64,000 bases of DNA from Octopus vulgaris. Taxonomy: Eukaryota. This document shows positions 25,673 to 38,150 of the stretch, one piece after another. The stretch spans positions 134,850,001 to 134,914,000 of the forward strand of contig OX597815.1 of NCBI GenBank assembly GCA_951406725.2, in the 5' to 3' direction. Position numbers and translations under genes: made by a program. Under the pieces are notes generated by a model. It saw only the letters and a program-made list of their open reading frames with translations. It did no database searches and had not been told where the DNA came from. How positions within the stretch are numbered: position 1 is the stretch's first letter; each line of letters begins with the position of its first letter.

Positions 25673-25970
25673 TAAAATTGGGGATTGGTTAAAAGATGTA
25701 ACACCTCTGATGAGAACCTAATAAGATTCAAGGGAGCTTATTCAGGGACCTTTTGAGTGGGATGAGCTACACAACCTGAAGAAAATGATAACAGGGTCCC
25801 ACTGTTTACCTTGGCATGAGATAACCATGTCACGTACATATGGATGTGATGCATTTGCCTAGTGCACCCTTATCAGACAGGTAGTCATGATGAGTATACT
25901 GGGATTCGTATATTTGTACCCTAGTGTCACTTTGATGACATGCACTGCTCTCTCACTCAATAATAATAAT
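25035..25970. repeat. Non-coding interspersed repeat ending in (TAA)n, full copy plus partial duplicate
   Basis: 25358-25595 is repeated at 25738-25970 (cttattcag.gaccttttgag...catgcactgctctctcactcaataataat). Confidence 0.75.
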
Positions 25971-26399
25971 CACTGGTAAATTTCTCTTTCTCCCTCTCTC
26001 TATCTCTCCCTCTCTCTCCAAAGATTATAATATATGACTTGTTGTATAGTGCTTAGAAAACCGGAAAAGCTCTGGCATTGAAAACAATCAAATCTTTTGG
26101 CTGTTGTCATTGATTTACTCTACAAGCACAACACCTTCCTAAATAATCTGGAACAAGTAATTAGATGGTTGTTTACTGCGATGATCACCAAAACAAAAAA
26201 ACAATAATTGGCTCGTCTAACTCTCGTCGCATCAACTGCTTGCCAGTAATTGATAAACTACTCTCCAAAAACCCAACATGATAGTTAAGCATTTACTAAA
26301 AAGTTATACAAAAAAATAATAATAAACAAACAAGAAAAAACGATCTAATTCCTGCAGAGTAGAAATGGTCTATAACTCCACTTCAACAGGACAGAAGAA

Positions 26400-26826
26400 A
26401 ACTGCTTGCTTCTTCCCTGTTAAAGGAGGGTGGTGGAACGAGCTCCACAATGGACTACGTCAATGAGCGGATCCGACTTACACGTGACAACGGCAGTTAG
26501 TTAGGTGGTACTGATGCGAAAATACACAGAAACGGACAATCATATGCTTGGATCGATCATGTGGTTTGGTCCCATATAATTGGTTTATGATAATTTCTGG
26601 AAGTACACCATTTAAAGAGACCATGGTGAACTTCCTAAAACAACAGTGAAGAAGTGACACAGTTCTAACAGTTGCTCACGACATAATCTTCAGTCTCATT
26701 GGAATACATATTGGGATATTTTATTCTGGTTTTCAATTCATTTTATCCATGGTACCTTTAAGCAGGTTAATGAATAAAGCCAATTTAGGATGAAATATAG
26801 TGAAAGAGGGAGATAGAAAGAGAGGT

Positions 26827-26857
<31 letters not shown>

Positions 26858-27900
26858 AGAGGAAGAGAGAGAAGGCAGAAAGATAGGAGAGAAGAAGGGT
26901 AGGTTCATTTTTCATCTCCTCTTTCGGGATCCCTAGCTTAAGAATCTCTTCGGTATTGCCAAATAATTTCATAAAGATACTGATATCCCTTTTTTTGGAC
27001 TGGAGAAATGCGATAAAATTACTATAAAATGAGGTTGATTGACAAGTTGGGCCAATGAGTTGCGATTTCAGATAGAGAAAGGTGTGGGGCTTTCTAAAAA
27101 TACTTGGCTGTAGATAACGAAAGTAAAACAGTACATGTGTTTGAAAAGCTGTATGAACGATAATGAAAAGTGGCCTTTAATACGTTTAAACATTTATTTC
27201 TATGGTGAAAAATATTATATTAACACATTTATAGTACCCGATACAACATACGGTGCAGTAGTAGTGAAACGTAACAGTCAGATTTCAGAAAATGTAATAC
27301 GAACAATCTACTAAAATACAGTTCGCACTATATGTAAATCTGACATTCAACGACTGAACGGAGACAGAAGTATTTTCAGAGTCAAGGAGTTAATAACGCG
27401 CTCTTCAAGCTTTTCATTACACAAGAATGCCCGATATAATATCCTTGCTGACCATGATCGTTTAAGAAAAGGAAGCACAGGTTATCACAACAGCAATACA
27501 ATTTTCAGAAAAAAACTGAATTGGACTGTGAATAGTTCAAGCAAATTTAAGGATATACTGATTACTGAGGGCAAATAAGTTAACTGTGATGAACAAAAAT
27601 AAAGAAAATACGATTTTAAATAGCTAGTACTCACGCGAACTGGATGTTTCATACACGAATAGATAAATCTTTGTTGTAGAATAATAAATCTGACTTGATT
27701 GGTGCCACATAAGCAAGAAAATGCACCATATCGAAGCAGAACATCACCGCGAGCTATTTCTTGAAACAAAACGCCATATTGCGTCAGGAGACCTCACAGT
27801 AGCTCCGAAATAATATTCTTCGAGGCAACAGCATAGCAAAGCTACTCTACACATACTTGAAACGAAGAAAATTAGAAAAGAGCTGGTCAGAGGAATCGGA
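26400..27900 (+). mobile_element. Highly decayed RLE-LINE RT region
   Basis: Scattered residues: AWID..., VPYNW, FGLEKC, SDIQRL. Many disruptions. Confidence 0.45.
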
Positions 27901-27905
27901 TAAAT

Positions 27906-28120
27906 ATTGGTTTCAAATTTTGACACAAGGCCAGCAATTTCGGGGTATGGAGTAAAACGATTACATCGCCCTAACTGTTCAACTGGCACTTATTTTATCG
28001 ACTCCGAAACGATGACAGGCAAAGTCGGCCTCGGCGGAATTTGAATTCAGAACGTGAAGACAGACGAAATGCCGCTAAGCATTTTACCCGGCTTGTTAAC
28101 GACTCTGCCAGCTCGCCGCC
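27906..28120 (-). mobile_element. SINE family B with TSD
   Basis: Full head-to-tail copy flanked by gaatcggataaat (27893) / gaatcggacaaat (28124). Confidence 0.88.
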
Positions 28121-28220
28121 TTCGAATCGGACAAATTAAAAAATCTCAGCTTAATGCTAGAAATAAGTTATTACGTGGGTATAATTACGCTTGCTATCAA
28201 CCTAAAACTAGCCTATTTAG

Positions 28221-28268
<48 letters not shown>

Positions 28269-28494
28269 GAAATATTAAAATTACTAAGTCTCTCTAAAGG
28301 AGATTACGGCAGCGTTACTGGATATTAATAGTTATCGCCATACTAATATGGTAGTCTATAAATATAAGACTAAAGCTGTCGCTGATTAGCTCCAAGAGGC
28401 CATCGCCTCTAGCTAGCTATATGACACACGAACCTGCGTCCATTACAACCTTCGAACAGGGGAGGTCAGCCGCTTCACCTTGCTAGTCAGACAT

Positions 28495-28535
28495 CTGCAG
28501 ACATGTTTCAGGGTTGTTGCCCTTTATCAATGCAG
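28495..28535 (-). ncRNA. Type I hammerhead motif, U3:A8 core
   Basis: CUGCA-UUGAUAA-AGGG(caacaa)CCCU-GAAAC-AU-GUC/UGCAG. All three stems intact. Confidence 0.75.
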
Positions 28536-28814
28536 CGTAGGTTGTAATGGACGTAGGTTCGTGTGTCATATAGCTAGCTAGAGGCGATGGCCTCTTGGAG
28601 CTAATCAACGACAGCTTTAGTCTTATTTATAGACTGCCATATTAGTATGGCGATAACTATTAATATCTAGTAACGCTGCCGTAATCTCCTTTAGAGAGAC
28701 TTAATAATTTTAATATTTCTATTATTGAAAACAAGTGGATGTATTCCACTGTAACTTGGTACATAAAATCTTCGAACAGACGGTCAGTAGCGACACCTGT
28801 TGGTTCTGACTACG

Positions 28815-28855
28815 CTGCATTGATAAAGAGCAACAACCCTGAAACATGTCTGCAG
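28815..28855 (+). ncRNA. Type I hammerhead motif, U3:A8 core (second copy)
   Basis: CUGCA-UUGAUAA-AGAG(caacaa)CCCU-GAAAC-AU-GUC/UGCAG. One stem II mismatch. Confidence 0.7.
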
Positions 28856-29386
28856 ATGTCTGACTAGCAAGGTGAAGCGGCTGACCTCCCCTGTTCGAAG
28901 GTTGTAATGGACGCAGGTTCGTGTGTCATATAGCTAGCTAGAGGCGATGGCCTCTTGGAGCTAATCAGCGACAGCTTTAGTCTTATATTTATAGACTACC
29001 AAGTATGGCGATAATTATTAATATATATATATATTTAATATACTATGAAATATTATTGTTCTAAATAAACTTATATTTTATTCTTTGCTTTTAATTCATA
29101 AAACGATTTTAATATATTCATTTTAGAGTGTCTGGTTATAAAGGGATATATTTTAAACACCACTAACAAGAACTACAACAAGCACATATGTAAAAGAAAG
29201 CGTAAAATATACAACCAAGGTATATGTCCAATCATTATGAGAAACCCTGTATAATGTTTTTACTGCTATTCTTGTTTTTAATATAACTTTGTTGTGTGTC
29301 CAACCACACACTTTTGTAATCACCATCTATTACATTTTTACTTGTATTTAAGGGCGCTTGTGGCTAATACATCATTATTATTATTA

Positions 29387-29425
<39 letters not shown>

Positions 29426-30313
29426 GTAGTAGTAGTAGTAGTAGTAGTAGCAGTAGTCATTTTAGCTTATGTAATTTGCATAACATTCTGGCATTCTGAA
29501 ACAATCCTAAAACGAAGGTTGGAGGAGACTGAAAATCCATTAATTATGGCATACATATTTATACGTAATCTTTATGTGATACAGTCGGATGATAAGAAGA
29601 TTATGTGCACATAAATTATGTACAGATGCATATACTCATGTATACAAATATGCATACGTAGGCACATGCATAGAGACACTGCAAGACACATGTCGCTAAG
29701 TAAAAAGATTGATTGATATAAAAAGATATATGTGATATATGGGTGTATATAGTTAAGCTTCTATCTATCTATCCATCTATCTATCTGTCTGTCAATCTAT
29801 CTACATAAAAATACATATATATATATATGCATATAAAGAAGGAGAGAGAGATGAGGAAGGAGAGCGAGAGGGACAGTGAAGATGTGCAGTATAGTGGTTA
29901 GGGTGTTCGATACATGGATCGAACAGTGCGTTGCTACATTCATCAAAGCACTTCATTTCAAAATGTAAAATGAAGTACCTTGATGAATGTAGCAACTCAC
30001 CTGTAAATTAGTAACCGTCAGATGGTGACACAGAGTGATAGTCGGCGGTAATGGTTACACTGTATACATAGTGGTGGTCAACTCGCAGACGGATATGACC
30101 ATTATTGACGAATTATCTTCTAGATTTTAGACGATGCATGTCAGCAATGCCCGTACTGAAATTTAAAGACAAAACAGCTTGCACAACACTATTAAGATTC
30201 TCACGTACAAAGCCAAGTAGTCCAGAAACACACTCGGATAATCTAATGTGCCATGAATGAGTCGCAAGAGCCGAAACAAGAAGTCGTGGTCAAATCAATA
30301 CTTAAAATAACTA

Positions 30314-30529
30314 CGAGGGGTGCTGAAAAATTCCTGACTTTAAGGCCATCGCGAAAGGCCTGGCTTGAAGCCCAACATTCTGAGTTCTTTTACAGGGCTT
30401 AGAAAAATTGAAGGACCACTGCAATTAGTGTGTGAATCAGAGAGGGGAACATGTTGAATACAATCATAATTAACTGACCCTCTTGTATTTTCTTTTACCC
30501 AAAGCCAGGAACTTTTCAGCACTCCCTCG
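30314..30529. mobile_element. Mariner-derived MITE (216 bp)
   Basis: TA|cgaggggtgctgaaaaattcctg ... ccaggaacttttcagcactccctcg|TA. Same family as 21962. Confidence 0.88.
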
Positions 30530-31199
30530 TATATCATTGTGTAATGTATTAGTTTCGATTTAGCCCTTTTTGTAGGTCGACTGACTGTTCTCCTGGGTTA
30601 TCACATAGCAGTCGGTTTACTGTGAAGTTAGATTACACACACAGACGCACACACATACATACATATCCTTTTTGAAATTTGTTCACTATGTACATATAAA
30701 GCTGTAAGTAATAGCGTGAAAATATTGAGATTAAAAGACTTTTGGATAGAAAAAGTCGAAGGCTGCACATTGAACTCGAAAATTTACATCTCTTGCAGAC
30801 ACGACACATCCTCCACTGTTGCACCAAAGAAATCTCATACGAATTTATAACCTTTCGAGAGAACGTGGCATAATTCTTTTTTGGAATTGATTCTCGAAGT
30901 ACATATAAAGCTAATAAAATCATGTACACAGTATTATACATCCATTACAGCCAATCGCACAAAACGGTTTCGCACCGGATATTAAATAACAGATTGGTTA
31001 TCTAATGCACATGTATCAGAAAGGTATTTTCTTATTTAATATCCGGTTGTATAGTATCCGTTGCGAAAGCTATCTACAAGACCGGTTGTCATGGATCTGT
31101 ATTACAGTGCACTTTGAGTTATACATCCACTCTATTATCAAATATGCGACTGCCTATTTTCTCTGACTTATGGGCTTATGGATTCTTAGAATATATATG

Positions 31200-31850
31200 A
31201 TGGCTGTCCACTCGTGGCCGAGGTAGGCCAGGCCATCATTGACTATCACCTAAGCACCTATGCAAAATGCCATCAATGCCTGTGTATGAGGTTATTGCAC
31301 CTGCTGTCAGTTTCATTTAGGTTCGCGTCCGCGGCTTCCGTACTCACCACGGCACCCTCCAACTCGACCGAGTATCAAATAATCGCTTCGCCGGCAATTG
31401 CATAACCAAAATTTGTAGGTGCAATAAGGCTTGCACAACACCTCACAGGCCCTTCTCCACCCTATTGATATGATCCAGAGACAAGGTAGGGTAAGATATC
31501 CAGGGCTAATATGGCACAGGAAGCAAAAGACCCCCAAAATGTTTTTCCCTACATATCTGTTTAATTTTTTTAAATCAGAGTGACCTCCTAGAGAGTTGCC
31601 TTCACAAAAACTAAGGAGTACCCGGAATTTCTGAGGGCCCGTCCTAGATAGTCGTTGAACCTACACTAGGAGCCTCCTTCGTTTTGACAGGTCCTGTTTT
31701 TAGTCCTACTGGATATATACCAACCCTCCTCACGAGGCAAGCCCAATAGGAGTGCCATCTTAGTTACCGACGAGCCGACCATGCGACAAGTTGTACTTGG
31801 ATTTCATATTACCAGTAGCACTCATGAGAGAACTCACTAGTGACCTGGAA
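31200..31850 (-). mobile_element. Probable RTE-type LINE 5'UTR-derived repeat
   Basis: GC-richer block. Minus strand ggcaactctctaggaggtcactctgatttaaa resembles RTE 5'UTR motifs (recalled similarity, not aligned). Confidence 0.35.
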
Positions 31851-31887
31851 CTATATGTGTGTATGTGTATGTGTGTGTGTGCTTGTT

Positions 31888-31926
<39 letters not shown>

Positions 31927-32668
31927 TATTCTATGTTTATAGATGCATTCTTGTAAATGTATTCTACATGTATTGAGCTTTTATTGGAATATATGTTTCC
32001 ACCCATCTGTTTCTATATTTTGTATAAATGTGTAAATATTTATTTACCAATATATATCCAGCAAGCTAGCAATATATTTCTACTATTTTTTTCTTTTTTA
32101 GTGCTTTCTGTGACGCTAGTATCTGATTGCGAATCTTCCAGTCATTGAAAAAATATGAAATAACCTTTACTTTAATCCTTCTCTGACTTCTAACATACTC
32201 AACGCATCTCTAAACCATATCCCATTCTAAGCCGTTTCAGCATGGCAGGTATTATTTAAACGTAATCGAGCTCCGCGTGTTTTTCATTAAGAAAATTCCG
32301 CTTTTACGAAAGTTCTGCTATCTAGCTGACATTTTACATAACACCTCAAGTTTAAGCCGACAGAAAGCGGAGAATTATCATAAGAACAAATGAAAATATA
32401 CAAAGCGACGTAGAACTGAAGTGTAAAATGAGGTAGATAGATTGACAGATAAACAGATAAATAAATAAAACACTCCCATGGATCAATGTTTATTAAGAAA
32501 CTTCTTAAAACTTACTGAGAGATTACGATCATATCATATTCGCCTTCACAAAAACAAAAACGAACAAGAAAATAAATACTAAAACAGCAGCGATCATTGT
32601 TCTATGTAGTTTTCATTCAATGTTCCTTAATAATAGCTTCTTGATTATGAAATCGTTGTTAAAAATAT

Positions 32669-32729
<61 letters not shown>

Positions 32730-32803
32730 CAGGGAAATATAAAATGAAGTAAAAATTCAAGATAATTCAGACGTATGTTTTCGATGTATTATAATTGCTT
32801 GTA

Positions 32804-33148
32804 GTGGAGGCGCAATATCGTAGGATCGCGGTTTCGATTCCCAGACTGGGCGTTGTGAGTGCTTATTGAGCGAAAACACTTAAAGCTCCACGAAGCTCCG
32901 GCAGGGTGTGGTGACGAACCCTGCTGTACTCTTTCACCACAACTTTCTCTCACTCTTTCTTCTTGTTTCTGTTGTACCTGTATTTCAAAGGATCAGCCTT
33001 GTCACACTGTGTGTCACGCTGAATCTCCCCGAGAACTACGTTAAGAGTACACGTGTCTGTGGAGAGCTCAGCCACTTGCATGTTAATTTTATGAGCAGGC
33101 TGTTCTGTTGATAGGATCAACCCGCTTCGTCGAAACCGACGGAGTGCC
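32804..33148 (+). mobile_element. tRNA-derived SINE family E
   Basis: Head gtggaggcgcaat...ggatcgcggtttcgattcccagac (B box) like the other SINE heads, followed by a distinct body. Confidence 0.7.
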
Positions 33149-34416
33149 ATGATAATTGTTTGTAAGAAGAGTATCTACATATGTAATTCAAAGTGTATGT
33201 AAAACAACGTGATTCATGAGCGTAGAGTTTCGAGTAACAGTATGAAAAAGTCTGGTCCCTCGAATAGCTTTGCTGGTAATGTATAAAGGAGTATGTACAC
33301 ATACACACATATATGCACATGAGCGCGGGCGCACACACATACACAAGACATACATATACAGACACACATTACATTCAGTACTTATATTATATTCCTTAAA
33401 TACAAATAAAGAGCCGGAACAAATACTGTAAGGCAGTTTGTCCTACGCTCAAGCAAATCTGCCATCTCTCTGACTTGATAATAATGGTCTTTAGTCATTT
33501 TGGGAGGAGGTTTCAGTCAATAATATCGACCCCAGTATTTAACCGGTACATAATTTAATCGACCCCCAAGGGATGAAATGTAAAGTTGACTTCAGGGCAA
33601 TTTGAACTCAAAACACAAAGAGCCAGAAGAAATACCGGAAAAAGAACCCTTGGTGCAGAAATAGCAGTCAGAGGAGACAGCATATATGTGGACCAGTGTG
33701 TCCCTTTGTGTCATTATGCCTTTTCCTAAACGTAATCTATGAAATGTGTGTGCATAGCAGCAGTAGTAGTAGCAGCAGTAACAACAATAGCAGGTGTGAG
33801 AGCAACATTCCATCGTGAGCTTTGTTGAGTGTCAATAATTGTTGAGAGTTGAACAATCTTCTGACTTAGGAGAAAAAGGTTAGTCGCTCCAGCGATGTTC
33901 TGGCTAAGATGAGGGTGTGCTTTAGCTAGGACAAATACTTCGAAAATAATGAAATCCAACTATTGAAACAGTTTGCATAATTGTAACTGATTATTGCTCA
34001 TGATTTAGGGAATGTTGTGCAACGATGTTTTCTTGATGCGTCTAGCTTGTGTCCTCTTGCTGTTGATTGAGAAAGATTCATATATTCCCACTGGACGATG
34101 CCTTCACGTTCTGTGTTCATGAGTGTTTAAACGTAAAGGTGTATAGGCTGCGAGTAGATAATGCGTGATAGGACATTCGTTCGGGAGAAATAAAGTGTAG
34201 TATCATTTCTGTAAGTGTGGATGTTGTTGAATGCCATTGATGTACGAAAGGAAGAAAGTGAGTGACGTAACCGAATTCGCCAGAGTTGACGGACTGCAGA
34301 ACAAAAAGAGCTCAATGAAAATAAGTGGCAATGCAACGATCTAGAAACGAGAGATTGATGTCGGGAGTACAGTTGAGCGTGTTTCCAAACAAAAGGGTAG
34401 ATCTCTGTAGTTGTGT

Positions 34417-34438
34417 ATATCTATCTATCTATCTACTG

Positions 34439-34478
<40 letters not shown>

Positions 34479-34481
34479 CTG

Positions 34482-34548
<67 letters not shown>

Positions 34549-34549
34549 G

Positions 34550-34585
<36 letters not shown>
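34417..34585. repeat. (TATC)n microsatellite
   Basis: ~170-bp near-perfect tetranucleotide tract. One of many (TA)n, (CA)n, (TAA)n, (TAC)n and (GAT)n tracts in the window. Confidence 0.95.
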
Positions 34586-34586
<1 letters not shown>

Positions 34587-34755
34587 ATTTCTTAAGTATC
34601 TGTCTATCTACCTATATAAATATGTGCGTGTGTGTGTGTGTAAAAATTTCCAAACTTTCAAAATTTCCAAACAATCACTGTTTCACTGCGATTATAGTGG
34701 GAAAAGTAAGGTGTGTATTTGTATGAGTATATATGCGTAGATGTGTTAATATCAT

Positions 34756-34802
<47 letters not shown>

Positions 34803-35518
34803 CATAAACACACACACACACACAAACACATGCCTATGTGTGTGTGTAAATACGAGTGGGTGGACAAACGAAAGAAAGTTGCTTTCAACACATTTCGTAG
34901 GAGTTACATTTACTCGTTTGATTCTGCTCCATCAAACTTAAAAGTTTCGTAGGCTCGTCAAACGATACTATCTTGCCAGGCTCGTAGAAATTTACGAACT
35001 TGACGAAATAGTTTCGTTTAACGAGCCACACGTTTATGTACAGGCACCTACTCTCCATACACGTACACACGCATACATACACATATATATGGAGAGTGGT
35101 GCACGCTACGTGGCTGATGAAGCGGAGAATACTTAGAAGACAAGCCTAGCGTAGGAGGGAAGATGAGTTACTAAAGAGCAACAACGTCTGATACAAGTAG
35201 CGTGAAGCCATTGTGATACATTTAGTCCCTCCACCTACGCAATCCACAACGAAACAAAGCCATTAAGAGACAACAAAATTAATGCCTGCGCCTATCTCCA
35301 TAGTGACCTGTAACAATACTATTGAGAAAGCGCTGGAATAATGTCATAATAGCATTAATACTTCATCTATTCTTGTTTTGGTTAGTGTTGGAATGAAGAT
35401 TAGAACAAAGAAATGATTGCGTGAGCATATGTGTGTGTGTGTACGTGTATATATGTATGTATGTATATATATATATTCTAGTTACAGCTCAGAGCTGCGG
35501 CCACGCTGATGCACCGCC

Positions 35519-35557
<39 letters not shown>

Positions 35558-35614
35558 CATATATACATTCACACATATGTGTGTGTATGTATATATTCTT
35601 TCTATATCTATCCA

Positions 35615-35681
<67 letters not shown>

Positions 35682-36099
35682 CAAAAATAATCTATGAGAA
35701 TGTTTAGTGAAATTAGTTTGGACAGCAAAGATGTAAGATGCTATACAAGATAAATGATTGATTTATTGAAATTAACTTCGCCTGGCGAGAACGTAAACAA
35801 ACACCTAATGGTAACTTCAGTTAGCTCCAAGCGGGAAGGGAACATATCTCCAAGAATCAATAATCAATCTCCTGAATTAATATGTTATAAAGGGGGGAAA
35901 AAATCAAGCATATTTAATAAATTTATTGATTTTGTTGAATAGAGAGAATAGCAATACACGAATTAAATTTCTTTCCAGGAATTTATTTTGACGTGCGATG
36001 GATCGTATGTAGTTCTAATTCAATGGTTATACGTCGTGCAACAAAAAAATTTCTTTCCAATTGACCTTATTTTATTTCAAATATTCTCAAAGATGACCA

Positions 36100-37480
36100 T
36101 GACATAATCCTTAAACCACACTCTTGCTTTGGGTCGAAGGCGTTTTCCGCACCCAACTTCCCTATAAACACTTGTTCCGTTTTCATTCGATCATTCATTC
36201 GTACAAAATGTTCGGTTTAGCGTAAACGATGTTTGGGTAACATTGCTTCAATATTCAAGACTTCGGTTCCCCATCAAAATCTCTGTTTCTGGAGTCCACC
36301 AGGGCCAGCTGACATTCAGAATGTCTCAAACCGTTCAGATGAAAGCCGTCAAAAACCTTTACATGATACTTTGAAAAGAGTCATGACTTGCTGGAGTAAA
36401 GAAGGGAAGTTAACACATAGTCACGATACATGGTAATTTTCGTCAACCTCGAGACGCCGTATTGGGAATCGACACGAGACTTAAGAACCCCAAAAGAATC
36501 AATGCCTTCTGATATATATTACAATGTAAGGAGCAACAGCGGTTGAATATGCTGTCAACTACTTTCACTTGTGTTTCTTGGAGCTGGCTGAAACATTACA
36601 GCCGTATTCATCAGACTATTGCCGACATCAGATGTATTACAAAACAAACTGCTTAGCGGCATTTAAAAGGCGGCGAGCTGGCAGAAACGTTAGCACGCCA
36701 GGCAAAATGCTTAGCAGTATTTCGTCTGCCGCTACGTTTTGAGTTCAAATTCCGCCGAGTTCGACTTTACCTTTCATCCTTTCGGGGTTGATAAATTAAG
36801 TAGCAGTTACGCACTGGGGTTGATATAATCGACTTACTCCGTTTGTCTGTCCTTGTTTGTCCTCTCTGTGTTTAGCCCCTTGTGGGTAGTAAAGAAATAG
36901 ATATCAGATGTATTACAACAGCAGGAAGAATTTGTATCTCTTCAATAGAATGTGCAACAAAGTCGCTGTCATTTACACAAAAGAGATCATGCATAAAAGA
37001 TAGAAATACTTTCGTATTGATAGTAAAATGCCGTAAATTGAATAGATGACCAGGATATCTATACTTTACATTATCTCTCAGAAGAGCCATCAATGGTATA
37101 AGTGAGTAAGAACAATAGCAAAATACAAAATGGGGTTGGAGTGAGAGCGTCACTTTGCTTAACCACATTTTTCATCATTAATGGTCCCACTAAGTTCCAA
37201 TTAACATCGATTCGTACTTCCATTTCATTATGAGATGATTTAATTATCAATACAGCAATTTGGACGACGATGTGTCGATAGGGATACCCTATTAACAATA
37301 GGGTATAAATCAATGAAAACCTGGACAAGATTCATGATCTCATGTTTGCACCCTTCCTCTCCTACATCTGTTTTGCAGTGAAAATGATATACATATTACC
37401 TGTCCCAGAACGGAAACTACATAAAGATCAGGTAGGTCAACAACAACAAATTTTCTTTTTTCAACTGCTAGTTCCTTGCC
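36100..37480 (-). mobile_element. Decayed RTE (BovB-like) LINE RT region
   Basis: VKQSDALTPTPF (VKQGCVLAPTLF), YRYPGHLFNLRHF (YRTDGKLFNLRRL) and HDLFCVNDSDFVAHS (LLFADDCAL.AHS). Interrupted by a SINE. Confidence 0.75.
36643..36902 (+). mobile_element. SINE family B insertion with 16-bp TSD
   Basis: ggcggcgagctggcagaaacgttagc head at 36669. atcagatgtattacaa is duplicated at 36627 and 36903. Confidence 0.9.
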
Positions 37481-38029
37481 ATCTGCTGAATAGAAGAGTA
37501 AAATGTGCAACTTAACTTTCAGTGAATTGACGGAAAGCGTGATATAGCTGAACTTTTTGTAATTTTATCCTGTAAGTTAAAGTCCTCCACATCCGATAGT
37601 TGACTAGCACCAACGTAAATCATCAGGGCAACTCAAATAGGTGAGAGGGAGAGTAGGATTAAAACTATTTTTATTTTTGACGAAATTCTACCAGTTTTCG
37701 CTTGGTTAATTTAATACATTAGGCTGACAGTTCAAATCCTCTATGAATAATGGTCTTGTTTCCCAAATTATAGATAGCTTAAAAATTTTAGCAGCAAGAG
37801 CGCGAAATAGCTAAAGAATGTTTCGTTAGATTATAGTGTTGAGTTTAAATCTTGATTCAATAGATTCTTTCTAGTTTTAATAATGAAATTATCCCCGCCC
37901 TAAATAATTCCCGATATCAGTAGAATCACTACCTGTGAAATACTTTTAATGTTATAAAGCAAAAGAAAAGAATAAAGAAAAACAACTGCTGTTAATGTTG
38001 GATAGAGGCAGTTGACTGAATAAAGTGCA

Positions 38030-38150
38030 ATGCTTTATCACTAAGCGACATTTTATCCGTCTTTACGTTTTGAGTTTAAATTCCTCTGAGGTCGACTATA
38101 CCTTTCATCCGTACGTGGTCTGTATAATCGACTTGGCCCATTCTCCAAAC
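38030..38150 (+). mobile_element. SINE family B, split by the 1.4-kb retroelement (tail resumes 39589-39617)
   Basis: tttacgttttgagtttaaattcctctgaggtcgactatacctttcatcc...aatcgac, then the tail ttgctgtccttttacaagaatttgaa after the insertion. Confidence 0.75.

Larger units (their letters stand above)
28262..29025. mobile_element. Retrozyme/PLE-like element: 360-bp tandem unit plus inverted copy, two hammerheads
   Basis: gttgtaatggacg.aggttcgtgtgtc recurs at 28541 and 28901 (period 360). 28262-28540 is the reverse complement of the unit. (TA)n on both sides. Confidence 0.85.

Noticed and set aside
28262-29025. CRISPR-like or plain satellite array
   Set aside because: Long repeats in mixed orientation without unique spacers, in a eukaryotic context.
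33650-34110. Possible RTE 3' remnant on the minus strand
   Set aside because: Only a faint LHYF..IC resemblance, too decayed to call.
34120-35300. CpG-containing unique patches as a promoter
   Set aside because: No downstream gene structure, and motifs such as tgacgtaa are expected by chance.
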